Assembly: GCA_951406725.2 (NCBI GenBank)
Contig: OX597815.1
Location: forward strand, 81,034,001 to 81,098,000
DNA: 64,000 nt
Source: Octopus vulgaris
Lineage: Eukaryota
Direction of reading: 5' to 3'
Part shown: piece after piece, positions 40,451 to 54,649 of the stretch
Layout of the letters: the number at the start of each line of letters is the position of its first letter
How positions within the stretch are numbered: position 1 is the first letter of the stretch
Notes under the pieces: model-generated
The model's input: only the letters and a program-made list of their open reading frames with translations
What the model was told of the DNA's origin: nothing
Databases searched by the model: none
Position numbers and translations under genes: made by a program

Positions 40451-41122
40451 CAGGGGTGGGGAAACTTTTTAGTGTTGTAGACAAACATTTCCAAAAAAAA
40501 AAAAAAAAAAGAAATCCGTGGGTGGATCACAAGTTCTAACTCTTATATCTTTGTAAATCTCGTATATATCATCATCATCATCGTTTAACGTCCGCTTTCC
40601 ATGCTAGCATGGGTTGGACGGTTCAACTGGGGTCTGGCAAGCCCGAAGGCTGCACCAGGCCAGTCAGATCTGGCAGTGTTTCTACAGCTGGATGCCCTTC
40701 CTAACGCCAACCACTCCGAGAGTGTAGGGCCGGGTATATCTATGTATAATTTGAGACACATTAATAATGATAAGTTTAACGTTAAATTAACGCCACCACT
40801 GAATTTAGGGCGTTTAAATTACTTATGAGGTATTCTATATTTTTCAGCTAGAGTGTAGTTGGGTCTCAAAGGGATGTATTTTATAGTGAAAACAAAATTT
40901 CCATTCAAATGGCCATTACCAGATGATTTTCTGTTTGCGTCTAACCGTTTGAAGTCATAGTAGAAACACCAACCTATGTTGCAAATAGGCATATGTGCAT
41001 TGTATAAATTTCACAACTGAAAAATTTACTATATTTTGTACATGTAGGTATACCAGCCTGTGGGCGCAATAAAATGGGCTCATGGGTGCAATTGTGCCTG
41101 CAGGTGAGGGTTTCCCATCCTG
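40451..41122. mobile_element. hAT-like non-autonomous DNA transposon inserted in a family B SINE
   Basis: Ends CAGGGGTGGGGAAAC ... GTTTCCCATCCTG, with an exact 8-bp TSD TTATAGTA at 40443-40450 and 41123-41130. Confidence 0.8.
40568..40727 (-). mobile_element. SINE-like family C nested in the hAT-like element
   Basis: Close match to 24128-24285. Confidence 0.8.
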
Positions 41123-41794
41123 TTATAGTAGAAGACATTTGCACCAAAGTGCCACACAGTGGGACTGAGCCTGAGACCATGAGGTTACAAAATTAACTTC
41201 TTACCACACAGCCACCTGTTTACATACATATATGCATAAACATACAAGTATGTATGTGAGTGTCTGTGTATGTCATATGCATATATATATATACATATAT
41301 ACTGAAGTAGGTAGTAGATACCCCAGCAAAATCAGTTTGGATGGGTTTTCTTTAACAGTCACAGAAATTAAAGTGAACTAAATTAGTGAAGTCAGTTGTT
41401 GAGGTTTTAAGTACATTCTTCTGTACTATATTGCACAATCTAGCAATACTAGTGGCGATCCCACTGTAGAATTTTCTATCTGCTTACGCAGCAGGCTGAG
41501 GATATTGAAACACTGTGTAGTTGGCAGGAAGCTATCTAAGTAATTCTTTATCACACATCTATGCAAGCAAATCGGGGCTACTTTAAAACAAACCCTAACA
41601 CTAAATTTTTCAAAATAAACACGACAATAACAATTTCTAAAATAGGTGCAAGGTTATAAATTTTAGGGAAGAGTACAACAAATCATTGTACTCCAATACT
41701 TGATTAGTACTTCATTTTAGAGATCCTCAAGGAGAGCATAGTTGACACTACAGAATTTTGAATGTTGAACATAAAAGGGAAATATCTAAACAGT

Positions 41795-42010
41795 GATTTC
41801 AAATTTTGGCTCAAAGCCAGCGATTTTGCGAGGAGAAATCAGTCAATTACACTGACCCCAGTGCACAACTGGTACTTATTTTATCAATCCCAAAAGGATG
41901 AAAGGCAAAGTTAACCTTGGCAGAATTTGAACCCAGGATGCAAAGACAGATAAAATGCTGCTAGGCATTTCTGCCCGGTGTGCTAACAATTCTGCCAGCT
42001 TGCTGCCTTA
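41795..42010 (-). mobile_element. SINE family A
   Basis: Full match to the family A consensus seen elsewhere in the window. Confidence 0.8.
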
Positions 42011-42842
42011 GGAAATAACTAAATATTACAATGCAATTTGGCTGATATTTTGTCAATTCTACAATACAACATTCAATAATGGGTCCTTGAACATAGCTGG
42101 TAAATTTTTCTTCCGGAAGGAGGAATAATCACAGTTAAACCCAAATAAGAGTTGAACTCCAAACTTCAGTTGATGAATGATAGCACAGCAAATATTGAAT
42201 GTAAACAAGGAAATAAAGAGAACAGAAATAGAAAAACAAAACAAATTCATAGTGTGTGGTACAGTTGTTATAAATGACCAGTACATAACTGGCGCTTTAT
42301 AATATAAGGAGTGTACAATTGATAGTATTCGTCAGCATAAAGCTGACATTTCAGGAAAGATACAGTTTATACAACTGAACCATATCTATAAATGGTACTT
42401 AAAAGCAGGGTACCTTTTATTACTTGTTCTTTTTTTTTTTTTGTCATTGGACTGTGGCCCATGCTGGAGCCCCACCTTGGCTATGTATCTGGTACTTCAT
42501 GAAGGAGGGTACCAGCATATGGCTGGTATTTGTTTTATCAAGATCGAGCCAACACAGAAAATGTGTGGGAGTTTGTTAATGATTATAATTATTTCAATAA
42601 TTATTTGAGTCTTCCATGCACATCTTTGCAGAGAATCGGGGGGTGGGGGGAGTGGTTGAAAGTGCACTCATTTGACCCTCACACTCTACTCCACACACTT
42701 CTAAACCAATATATGATGTGACTGATAACCTATATTTTACTGAGAGAGAACAAAGCTCAATACTGCTATGGGCTGGATGAGGTACACTACTGCCATTCTG
42801 GCCATACAACCACCATTACCACTACTAGCATTTTGATATACT

Positions 42843-43039
42843 CCTTACTCTTTTACACGTTTCAGTCATTTGACTGTGGCCATGCTTGAGCACTGCCTTT
42901 AGTTGAAGAAATCAACCCTTGGACTTATTCCTTCTAAGCCTAGTACTTGTTCTATCAGTCTCCTTTGCCGAACCACTAAGTTACAGGAACATAAGCACAC
43001 CAACATCAGTTGTCAAGCAATGATGGAGGAACTAACAAC

Positions 43040-43105
<66 letters not shown>

Positions 43106-43384
43106 CCCATGCTAGCATGGAAAACGGATGTTAAACGATGATGATGAGATATATATATATATATATATATATCTCATCATCATCGTTTAACATCCGTTTT
43201 CCATATATATATATACATATATATATGATGGGTTTCTTTCAGTTTCTGTCTACCAAATCCACTCACAAGGCTTTGGTCAGCCCGAGGTTATAGTAGAAGA
43301 CACTTGCCTAAGGTGCCACACAGTGTGTCTGAACCCGGAACTATGTGGTTGGGAAGCAAGCTTCTTACCACATAGCCACGTCTG
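42843..43384 (-). mobile_element. CORE-type SINE family B with an expanded central (AT)n and palindrome
   Basis: Tail at 42843-43020 and head/CORE at 43228-43384. Confidence 0.8.
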
Positions 43385-43393
43385 ATGTAAGTA

Positions 43394-43762
43394 CAGGCAT
43401 GGCTGTGTGGTGATAAGTTTACTTTTCAGCCACGTGGTTCTGCGTTCAGTACCATTGCGTGGTACCTTGGGCAAGTGTTTTCTACAATATCCCTGAGCTG
43501 ACCAAACCCTTGAGAGTGGATTTAGTAGAAAGAAACTGAAGGAAGTCCGTCATACGTACACGTGTTTGTGTGTGTGTATGTGTGTGTATGTAGACTTTTC
43601 TGCTTGTCTACCTTCCTCATTTAATTGGTTTTGGCTCATGTCCCTATAATTTAGTAATTCGGTAAAATGAAAATGCTAAAATAAGCACCAGGGTTTAAAA
43701 GTGTAAGTAAAAGGGCAGTGCCCAAGCATGGCTGCCGTACAAATGAATGAAACAAGTAAAAG
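43394..43762 (+). mobile_element. CORE-type SINE family B, head-to-head with the previous copy
   Basis: caggcatggctgtgtggt...taccttgggcaagtgttttc...gaaacaagtaaaag. Confidence 0.8.
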
Positions 43763-44782
43763 ACATATTCCTTCTACATCAGACTCTAACAAAAAAAAAA
43801 GAAAAAAGAAAACGAGCAACAACAACTACCATGACAATAATCCACTTAGAAGGAGGATAATTCTAGATTATAATTGTAATTTGCACAGCTTCACTGAGTT
43901 TATAAAACTGGCTGCTCTCCCTAGTAGCAGCAGTAACACTGCTACCACCACTACCACTGCCACCAGCACTGCCTCCTACACCAATGAAACATGATTTCTC
44001 AGCAATCAACAGGCAGACATTAGAGATTGATGCATTTTAGCAATCCTAATGATAGCACACACACACACACACATACACACCCTTAGGGCATGTTCATATG
44101 TTTACATGTACGATGTGCGTGTGTGCATGTATGCCAATCCAATAATAGAACGTCCTCCCCTTCCACGTCTTGTACATGTACATATACAGTCTGCCTATTT
44201 GATCAGACATTAACAACTGGGTCAGCACTTACACTATGTCTTATAAATACATATATGTGTAAATAAATATATATATATATATATATTATAATGTTCCCAT
44301 TTCACATTTAAGATCATTGCTGTGAATGCCTATATGTATGTGTGCGTATATGATGTGAGACTGTTTCTATGTTATTTCTGTATAAGTTTATAGTAGCATA
44401 TCAGGCCTGAATATCTTTTAAGTATAATATGACCAAATATGTAATTTGTAACACACACACACACACACACACACACCTATATATAAAAGGCAATGTAAAA
44501 GGAATTCTTTTAACCTCATTAGAAAGGAAACTCTCTAGTGCAACAAAAGTGGCTATTATTCTTTGTTGTGGTGTGTACCAGAAGATGATTGGGTGTAATG
44601 AGTAGCAAGACCTATCCAACCCATCTCAGTATGGAAAAACACGCATAAACTGATAACATCATGTATCAAAGTGAAATGGTTCTAACTATGTGATATCAGA
44701 ATCATGCTGCACGTTCAGACAACCAGGAACTTAGACATGCTATTGCATTGCTAACAACAACAATAACAATAATAATAATAAT

Positions 44783-45581
44783 AGTTTCAAATTTTTCTAA
44801 AAGGGCAGCAATCCTGGGGAGGGGATGAGTCGAATACATTGACCCCAGTGTTCAACTGGTGCTTATTTTATCGACCCCAAAAGGATGAAAGGAGGACTCG
44901 CCCTCTGCGGAATTTGAACTCAGAATGGAGTGAAGGGCGAAATACAGCTAAGGATTCTGTCCGGCGTGCTAACGATTCTACCAGCTGACCGTCCTAATAA
45001 TAATAACAATGATAGTTTCAAATTTTAATACAAGTCCAACAGTTTTAAAGGGACTGTGTCAGTCAATTAAAATGACCATATTGCTTATCTGGTACTTACT
45101 TTATTGACCCTGAAACAACAATAATAATACAGGCTACAACAAATATTCTGCTCAATACCACAGATTTGCTTGTCAGTTGCTTGACCATAACCAGTTGAGC
45201 ATGTCCCTTAGTGGCTGCCGGTAAGTGCATCTCTGATCACAAGCAGAAGTTGCGGGGGAGCATCATAGCTATGTGTTGAAAGGAATTCTTTGGGGTTTAG
45301 ATAATTTACCTTTGGAAACATGGGTGTTTCGTTCAACGTCCTTAAACAACCTTTATTCAAGGGCCTTTTGAGCAGGATGGGCTACTCAACTTGAAGAAAA
45401 TTCTAACTGGGCCCCACTTGCAAAGTCATGCACTGTTGACCTTGATATGAGATCACTATGTTTCGCATATATAGTTGTAATGTACATGCCTGGTGTACCC
45501 TTATCAGACAGGTAGTCATGATAAGTAATATTGGGTTTTGTATATTTTGTCACTTTGATGGCATGCACTGCTCTTTCACTC

Positions 45582-45619
<38 letters not shown>

Positions 45620-46390
45620 CAATAATAATAATATTGAACATTATTAGTGAGGTGATGAACTGGCAGAATTGTTAGATTGCCAGGTAAGATGCTTAGCGGC
45701 GTTTTTCTCTGTCTTTACATTCTGAGTTCAAATTCTACCAAAGTCGACTTCCCTTTCATCTTTCCAGGGTCAATAACATAAGCACCTGTTGAACACAGGG
45801 GCTTGATGTGATTGACTTACCCCCTCCTGTGAAACTGTTAGCCTTGTGTCAAAATCTGAAACCATTTATCATTATTATTATTACTATCAATATTCCTTTT
45901 TTTGCTATATGGACATCTGATGAGGAATGCATTTACAAAGACAGTTTACAATTGTGTAAGGGTTTACACTAAAGATGAAGAGGATAAAATTTGTTCTAAT
46001 TCAGACACAAGTCTAGCAATTTTGAGGGGAATAGTGACCCTAAAAAGATGGAAGGCAAAGTTGACCTCAACAGAATTCTATCTCAAAATGTAAAGTGTTG
46101 GAACAAATACTGCAAGATATTTTCTGATACTCTAATAACTTGCCATTCCGTTGATGATGATGATAATGATGATAATAATAATGGTTTAAAATTTAGGTAA
46201 AAGGCCAGTAATTTTGGGGAAGGGGTAAGTCGATTACATTGACCTCCTAGTGTTCAACTAGTATTTATTTTATTGACTTGGAAAGGACAAAAGGCAAAGT
46301 CAACCTCGGTGGAAATTGAGCTCAGAATGTAAGGACTGATGAAATACTGCTAAACATTTTAACCAGCATACTAAGGATTTTGCCAACTGA
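44783..46390. mobile_element. Cluster of SINE A copies in both orientations around an unclassified (AAT)n-flanked element at about 45130-45581
   Basis: SINE A minus at 44783-44995, plus at 45650-45865, minus at 46180-46390. The intervening ~450-bp segment is bounded by (AAT)n on both sides. Confidence 0.7.
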
Positions 46391-47651
46391 CAGTGGTACA
46401 TCTACTACATATCTATTTCTATAAAGAATATAGTAATAGATAACTGTTGGCTTGCTCACATTTGCTACTAGATCCAGGAACATATGCATAGTGGACTGTG
46501 TTAGTTCTAAAGAATTAATTTTGACCAAATCCACAGCTGTGTCACAACACAAAGATTGGTCATGAGTCACTTCACATGAAATGCTTAAAGGCTAGTCATA
46601 GAAAGGGGGTTGTTCAAGGTTTATTGTGCTTATGTGTTCTTTGAATGAATGTGCAAACATGTTTGTTTGTAAAGTGTGTGTATGTGTGCGTGCGCATGCC
46701 TAAAGTATGTTTAAAATTAAAGTTGAAACACAGCTATGGTCTATCTACATAATACTGAATTTTCATACACATCGGCCAAAGCACGCACAAACACACACAC
46801 AGTGCATATGTATAGCATAGACATATGCATGCACGCGTCTACAGAATGAACACACATAACCTTTATACTAAAAAGAAGCAGTAAATGAGAGAGAAAGAAA
46901 GAAACGAGAGAGTGGATGTAGAAAGAAAATGTGATAGGGAGGGCACACTGAAGACACAAAGAAAGTAGAAGAGGCGAGGGGGGGGGGGCAGAAGAGTGAC
47001 ACTATTGCATCATCATCATCATCACCATCACCATCAGTTTCTAATCTCACTTTCTATGATGGCATCAGTTTGGATATGATACAAAAAGAGAGCAGGCTAA
47101 GGTATATTCCACAGAAATACCATGACCTTCTCTGTGAATGTACATGTGTGTGTGCATGTGTGTGTGTGCGTGTGCACACGAGACAAGCATAACCATAACA
47201 CTGCATATGTAATTGTTTGCAGGTGTGTGCATGTACTTATACACATAGACGCACGTATGTACTTTGTGTGCACATGTGCTTTGTATGCGAGTCCATATAT
47301 GCATGTGAAATGAAAATATTAAACGAAAATTCATATTAGTTTTCTGATGCACATGCCCCAATATATGTACACACACACTCAAATGTATATGCTCACTCAC
47401 AAATATATGCATGTATTTGGTTTACAGTTGCACATGAGTGCATGTATGGTGTGTCAACACCATTGACTATATGCCTATGAATATAGAAATACACGAGCAA
47501 TGCATATGTGAATGTATTTATACAATATTTCTTACAGTTTTTTTTTTCATTTACCTTTTTACACATTGCTGTCTGTATGCTACGCATGTATAAATGCACG
47601 TACAGGTTTGCAAAACTGCCTACGTCTGTCTGTCTATCTGCTGATATATAC

Positions 47652-47682
<31 letters not shown>

Positions 47683-48534
47683 ATATGAATGATTAAGATG
47701 ATGACCACAGTGGTGAGGTAGGGGAGAAGGTGCTGGTGGTAGTAATAGTGATGGTTTTATTAAACAAAAAAGAGCAAGAGATGCAAGAGACAAACAGACA
47801 GAGCAGAGTCTAGCCGTCGCCCTTTTCTTTAGACAGACATGACAATCTGATAGATCGACCACTGGCAAGGGAGGGTTTGGTGGCACAGATGAAATTTCTT
47901 GCTTACATTACTATCTGTAGCAATAGTTATAATAGTAGTAGTAGTAGCAGCAGCAACAGCAGCAGTAGTTAGAATCCACAAGAGGTGAAGAGGGAGTAGG
48001 ACAACACAGCATTAATATAAGGGACTATGTTGTTTACACTATTATCAATAACAGTAGTAGTAGTAGTAGTAGTAGTAGTAGGGCAATAGTAGTAGGTGTA
48101 ATAGTAGCAGCTTTAGTATCTTTAAACGACCATCATTAATAAGGTTATCTTGACATTTCAAAGATTCACTGTAAAGCACGCAAGTTAGTAGTGGTAGTAA
48201 TAGCAGTAGTAACAACAATAATTATATCAATATAAATCATCATCCTCATTATTATTATTATTATTATTATTATTGTTGTTGTTGTTATTAAATATAAGGA
48301 TAATGGAGTGGCAGAAATAGCAAAGTGCTGGACTACACTAAACACTACTTTTCATTTCTCGATGGTCTTAGTTCAAACCACAATGAAATCAACTTCACCC
48401 ATTAATACTTTCAACTATGATTGGCAACTATTAGCCAAATGCTGGGCTTGAGTGAACCATTTATTATGGCCATGTGCAAACTCCAATATATCATTAGTGT
48501 TATTAGGATGCTAGAAACAACCATTATTATTATT

Positions 48535-48695
48535 GGCGAGATGGCAGAACTTGTTAGCATGCCGGACAAAATGCTTAGTGATATTTCATCCGTCTTTACA
48601 TTCAGAGTTCAAAAAATTAAGTACTTGTGAAACGCTAGGGTCGATGTAATCGACTGGTCCCCTCCCACAAAATTTCAGGCCTTGTGCCTATAGTA

Positions 48696-48726
<31 letters not shown>

Positions 48727-49832
48727 ACATCGCACAGTTTATAATTTTGTGAGACATTGATTGAAAATATTGTGCCTACCGGGGATTTGTACTGTTTGCC
48801 AATTCACAACAAGGACCACAGACAGACAGTACTTTATGCAATATGCATGCAGTTCTGAGAAATACTGACTTTTGCAAAACACACCTAGATTGTAGAGTAT
48901 TTCTAAAGTTTTCAGATGATTTTTTTTTCAGATTGGGTGGGACAAAAAAAAAAAATTATTATTAAAGCATTGAGATGGCAGAATTGTTGGCATATTGGAC
49001 AAAAAACTTAGCTGTATTTCGCCTAACTTTACGCTCTGAGTTCAATTTCTGCTGAGGTTGACTTTGCTTTTCATCCACTCAGAGTCAATAAAATAAGTAC
49101 CATTTACACACTGGGATCAATGTAATTAATTAGACACCGACCATAGAATTGCAGGCCTTGTGCCTATAGTAAAAAGGATTATTACAATTTTTAAGGCAGT
49201 GAGCCATCAGAATTGTTAGTGTGTCAGACAAAATGCTGAGCAGTGTTTGTTCTGGCTTTTTATGCTCTGAGTTCAAATTCCACTACGTCAACATTGCCCT
49301 TCATGGGGGTCGGTAAAACAAGTACCAGTTGAATAGTGGGGTTGATGTAATTGACTAACCCCAACCCTAACAAATTTCAATCCTATAGTAAGATTATTAT
49401 AATCATTATTATTATCGTTATCATCATTAAGGTGGCAAACTGGCAGCATCATTAGCATGCTAAACAAAATGCTTAGCAGCATTTCGCCCATCTTTACGTT
49501 CTGAGTTCAAATTTCACCAAGGTTGACTGTCAGGGCCGATAAAATAAGTACCAGTTGAACACTGGGGACTGTATAATTGAGGTATTTCTTCTTGTGCCAA
49601 AATTTGAAACCATTATTATTATTATTATTATCGGGCTGGCAGAATTGTTAGCACGCTGGATGAAATGCTTAGTGGTATTTCACCTGTCGCTAAGTTCTGA
49701 GTTCAAATTCTGCTGAGGTGGACTTTGCCTTTTGGGGTTGATAAATTAAGCACCAGTGAAATACTGGGGTTGATGCAATCGACTAGCCTCCTTCCCCCAC
49801 ATTTCAGGCCTTGTGCCTATAGTAGAAAGGAT
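48535..49832 (+). mobile_element. Head-to-tail array of about 5 SINE family A units separated by (ATT)n
   Basis: Heads at about 48535, 48970, 49194, 49429 and 49633. Several units end ggccttgtgcctatagtagaaa(gg)attatt. Confidence 0.85.
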
Positions 49833-50061
49833 TATTATTATTATTATTATTTAAGCAGTAGTAGGATTTTTAGTAACCATAGTATTTGATCTTATAATGA
49901 ATTGTATATGTCAACATATCTTTCTCTCTCACTCTTTCTCACACACTCACGCACACAATATAAATTAAAGTTGTCTGTGTCATGTAAACATGCATGAATC
50001 TGAAATGGAGCACGGAATATTGGCAAACAATGAACCTATGCTTTTGATTTTTTTTTTCTCT

Positions 50062-50269
50062 CTGTGGCTCCTGTGCAGGTGGCACGTAAAAGCACCCACT
50101 ACACTCTCGGAGTGGTTGGCGTTAGGAAGGGCATCCAGCTGTAGAAACTCTGCCAGATCAAGATTGGAGCTTGGTGCAGCCATCTGGTTTGCCGGTTCTC
50201 AGTCAAATCGTCCAACCCATGCTAGCATGGAAAACAGACAGTAAACGATGATGATGATGATGATGATGA
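50062..50269 (+). mobile_element. SINE-like family C with (GAT)n tail
   Basis: cgtaaaagcacccactacactctcggagtggttggcgttaggaagggcatccagctgtagaaac...aaacgatgatgatg. Confidence 0.8.
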
Positions 50270-51694
50270 GTCTCCATGGACACAGGATCTAATTACAGCA
50301 AGTGCAGAACACAGTAATAGTGATTGTTAAACTTGACATATTCCCATTACCATGAAATAGTTTTAAGGAGTGGGTTGGTGGAAAGCGGAGTGTGGTTTGA
50401 AAGAATTTTGTTGATATTGCTGTTGTTGTTGTTTAACCCTGGGCGTTGATCCAGTAGGCCTATGATCAAGGGTGTTCCACTGCTAACTAATCTGTCTACT
50501 TAAGATGGTGGGTTTGATTTGAGGCAAATTTGGTCCCTGTTTCTAGATTTTAAATATAGAGGCTCTTTAATAGAGTGTGAAAATTGTCATACAGGCATTA
50601 TGTTGCAAAAACAAATCAACCAACTGCCACTCTCTTTACACTTCCTCACTATTGGATAATTGGTGTGCACTTTGTGTGTGTTCTATTCTGCTGCTTCACA
50701 CGCACAATATAAACAATATACACATAGTTCATAGGAGTCATGTATTACAAGTGCAAATTAATTCTTAACCCTGATTCACACATCCACAGAAAATTGCTAG
50801 TGTCCATTTGGATATCCACACAGAACCATGTTATGGATTAAATTTCACCGTTACTCCACCCAATAATATACAAATAATCAGCAGTAAATGCCAAGAGAGT
50901 GTAAATAGCAAAAATATCGTTTAACTATTATAGTAGTAAAAGCTGTTGTTAATACAGAAATATCCCTTCACAAGCAATATAATGACTACTAACCACTACA
51001 ACTACTACTGGTGCTGCTGCTAACTACTCTAAGCCGGTTAATTCACTTAACCCTTCCATCAGCTAATAACAGCAACTCGTTTAAAATGGCTACTACTTCT
51101 ACTACTGATGCTATTAGTTACTTGTATTAACTATTGCTAACTGTTACATCAGTACTGTCACTCAACTTGCTTCATGCAGTAATAGTAGACAGATTTCCCA
51201 TAAGATCTAACTCCCAACTACCTTTAAATTATTGAAAGACAGACAAACTTAGGGTTCTTAAAATTTAGGACAAACTGGCTATGACTTGAGTATCAAATAA
51301 GGAAAGACTTTGATCAGTTGCTTTCTTTAATTTTAGAAGCATACTGAAACAAAGTTTCTAGTATAAAATCTTCCAAATTTTAAAGAGAATCTTCAGTAGT
51401 CTAACAACATGCCATCTAGTTTTAATACTACTGTCATCTATTTAGTTCTTGGGTGCCTGGATTGCCCTTGACTTTCATATATTCTGGTTGGCTAGTTAAC
51501 CAGACCAGCCTCACTAATCTGGGACAGACAGTAAGGGTCAGAAGCACTGACCTTCATCTGACAATCAGGAATTTGTATGGAAATAATCAGATTGGAAGTT
51601 AAAACAGAAAGATTCTGTATGCTGAGTAGTAATGTGAAACAAGGATCAACATTTTAAGACAGGGGCTTTCCGCTTTCTTTCATAAACATTTTAA

Positions 51695-51852
51695 CCCTTT
51701 CACATTTAAACCAACCACATCCAGCCCAAATAATCTACCTGTTTAATGTCACACCTACCCAACAATGTTTACTAAAATTAAATAATTACATTATCAAAAT
51801 CTCGTGAAAAAATAAGTTTCACATTTATCAGAATAATTTGAATGCTAAAAGA
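51695..51852. mobile_element. Decayed piggyBac-like MITE (second family)
   Basis: TTAA|CCCTTTCACATT...AATGCTAAAAGA|TTAA, with imperfect TIRs. Confidence 0.5.
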
Positions 51853-54136
51853 TTAAAGCAGTGACTTACATGCACACCTCATTGCCTCCAGTTTGTTTAA
51901 CTGTTCAAGCTATGCCTTGAGATTGGCCTTGAGATAGAGCAAAAGTGATACTTTTGAAACTAATAGACAAACGAAACAAGAAACCCTCCATCATGGATTG
52001 TTACAGTAGGAAGAATCACATTAATATGTTTAGTTAGTCTCAGATGAGATAGACTTGACAGAGAAAGAGAAAAGAAAAATAAAAAAAACCTTTCCAAGGA
52101 CCTTGGCAATTCACTGAGTGATGATTGGGGTATTACAGAATATATTGAACATGTGAACCCAAACCAAGAGATCAGATAGCTACCTTATCTGTATCTGTTT
52201 TCTGCTATATCATATTATTTTAATGACAGCCTGGAGCCCTTCTTGTCAAACATATGACTAGCAACATCCCTACCATTACTGCTACCACAACCACCATCAT
52301 ACAAAAACAAGTGAAGCCACAAGGGAGGACCTTAGTTTTATGTTTACTTATTTTTAGGGGAACCTTGCCAGAGCACTCACCTCATACCCACTGCCTGTTC
52401 ACCACTGAGTCAGCTTAACCTTCTTTGTCGAGAAAATCCATGCACTTCCAGCCATTTCTAAACTTGAATGTAAGATGTGTGTTTATATACACACACATAC
52501 AAACATCATCATTTAATGTCCATTTTCCATGCTGGCATGGGATGGACAAACATATGCACATACATAAATACATACATACACACACATATATATATATATA
52601 TAAAATGTACATAAACACACACACTTTACATAGGCTTGTGTGTGTGTGTGCATGGTTAATAAACACACTATAATTAATCTCTTCTCCACACTTTAATGGG
52701 ATTATCTTTATATCCCATTGAAAACGTTTGCCAACCTGTAAAGCATCAATAGCATTCCAACTAATACAAAGCTACGTACACACAAAAGGAAGGAGAAACA
52801 TGTGTGCATGTGTGTGTACGTGTGTATGAACCCAATGATACATAAATACTCAGAAATATGCAGTAAAAACAAAATTGTAGCTTTCTCATTCTTATATATG
52901 TCATCATCATCATTTAACATGTTTTCCATGCTGGCATGGGTTGGATGGTCTGACAGGAGCTGGCAAGCCAGAAGACTGCACCAGGCCTCACTGTCTGCTT
53001 TGGAATGGTTTTTATGGCTAGATGCCCTTCCTAACACCAACCACCTAGCAGAGTGGATTGAGTGTACCAGTGAGGTCTATTTTGGCATGGTTTTTATGGT
53101 CTGATGCCCTTCCTAATGCCAACCACTTTATAGAGTGGCCTGTGGCCAATCGTGTATATATCAGTAATGCAGACAAATACAGGTATATCAAATACCATAC
53201 AACATAAATTCTTGATTTATTGAAAGTTAGCTCCATCTCTAAAAATTATGTCATAATTATGAAATGGCAATTGAGATTAGTTTCATATGAGACAAGTGGA
53301 AATAATTTCAAGTGTTTTCTAAAATTGAGAGGTCATTAAATTAAAGGACAGTCATACACATCTATTTTGTCTCAGTAGACATCATTATTTAACATCCATT
53401 TTCCATGCTGGCATGGGTTGGGCAGTTTGAGAGGGACTAGCCAGGGCAGAAGATTGCATCTGACTTCACTGTCTGTTTTGATAGGTTTTTTTTACAGCAT
53501 TCACGTGATAATTATCCTACCCTATTTAATAGTAGTAACCTGACAAAAATATCCTCCATCCATGAGACCGACAAGGAATTGGAAGCCTAGATAGCTGTAG
53601 TAGATGAAACAGTTCTTCCTAGCAAGTTTTAAGGTCTCAATTTACCACTATCTTCATATCTCCCTTGGACGTTCTTGGCAGTTGGGTTCCTAATATCCAC
53701 AGTGGATGTAAGAGAAAGACAATTACAGAGAACAAAGAATAAGTTGATAGTGGCTAGTAAAAGAAGTTACTGCATGGTTGGAGTGGATACAACTGCACCT
53801 GATTCAGTGAAGTGGCTGAATGGATGATAGTGAAAAAGAAAAACATTACTACAGGGCAGAATCCGTACAGGTCAGTACTGCTGGAAGTGACACATTTGGA
53901 AAAGGCTAAAATAACTGTAATCTTCAGTTGACAGCTGATGGAGGGAGTGTTCTGCTGAGCAGGATGCATCTAGAATAACACACACATACACACACAAATA
54001 AGAAGTTTGCTTTGTGACAATTTAATTTAGTTTGATGCCACTATGTAGCATATTAAGCATCGTCCACTTTAGCCTCAAGGTAACCAATGCTTTGAGTGGA
54101 ATTTGGTATATGAACTGGGTAGAAGCCTGTTTTGTA

Positions 54137-54198
<62 letters not shown>

Positions 54199-54618
54199 CT
54201 GCCTGTGTTCGTATTCATGTTTACTGGAGTAAAAGGGCTCCAACTCTACAACAGCTATGTCAAATCTGTAACTTAGTGCTTTGATAAAATAAGTACGAAA
54301 CTGAAATAAGTAATGGTGTCGACATGATCAATTAAATCTCTTAACAAAGGTGCCCCAGAATGGCCAGTTTGGCTGAAACCAGTAAATGAATAAAAGAATA
54401 CAATATCAGACTGAATATGAATTATTACTCTAGTTACAAGCAAAGAAGAGAATAGTCAACACTTATCGTGAAGAGTGTGTTTACGTGAATCAGCACATCT
54501 ATATATCTATATAAAAAATTTCAATTTACTTGACATGCTCAGCTGTGAGAGGACAATAATTCTAATAATATAACTGGAAAATTTCAACCCTTTAAATACC
54601 AGTTCTAGTTCTGATAAC

Positions 54619-54649
<31 letters not shown>

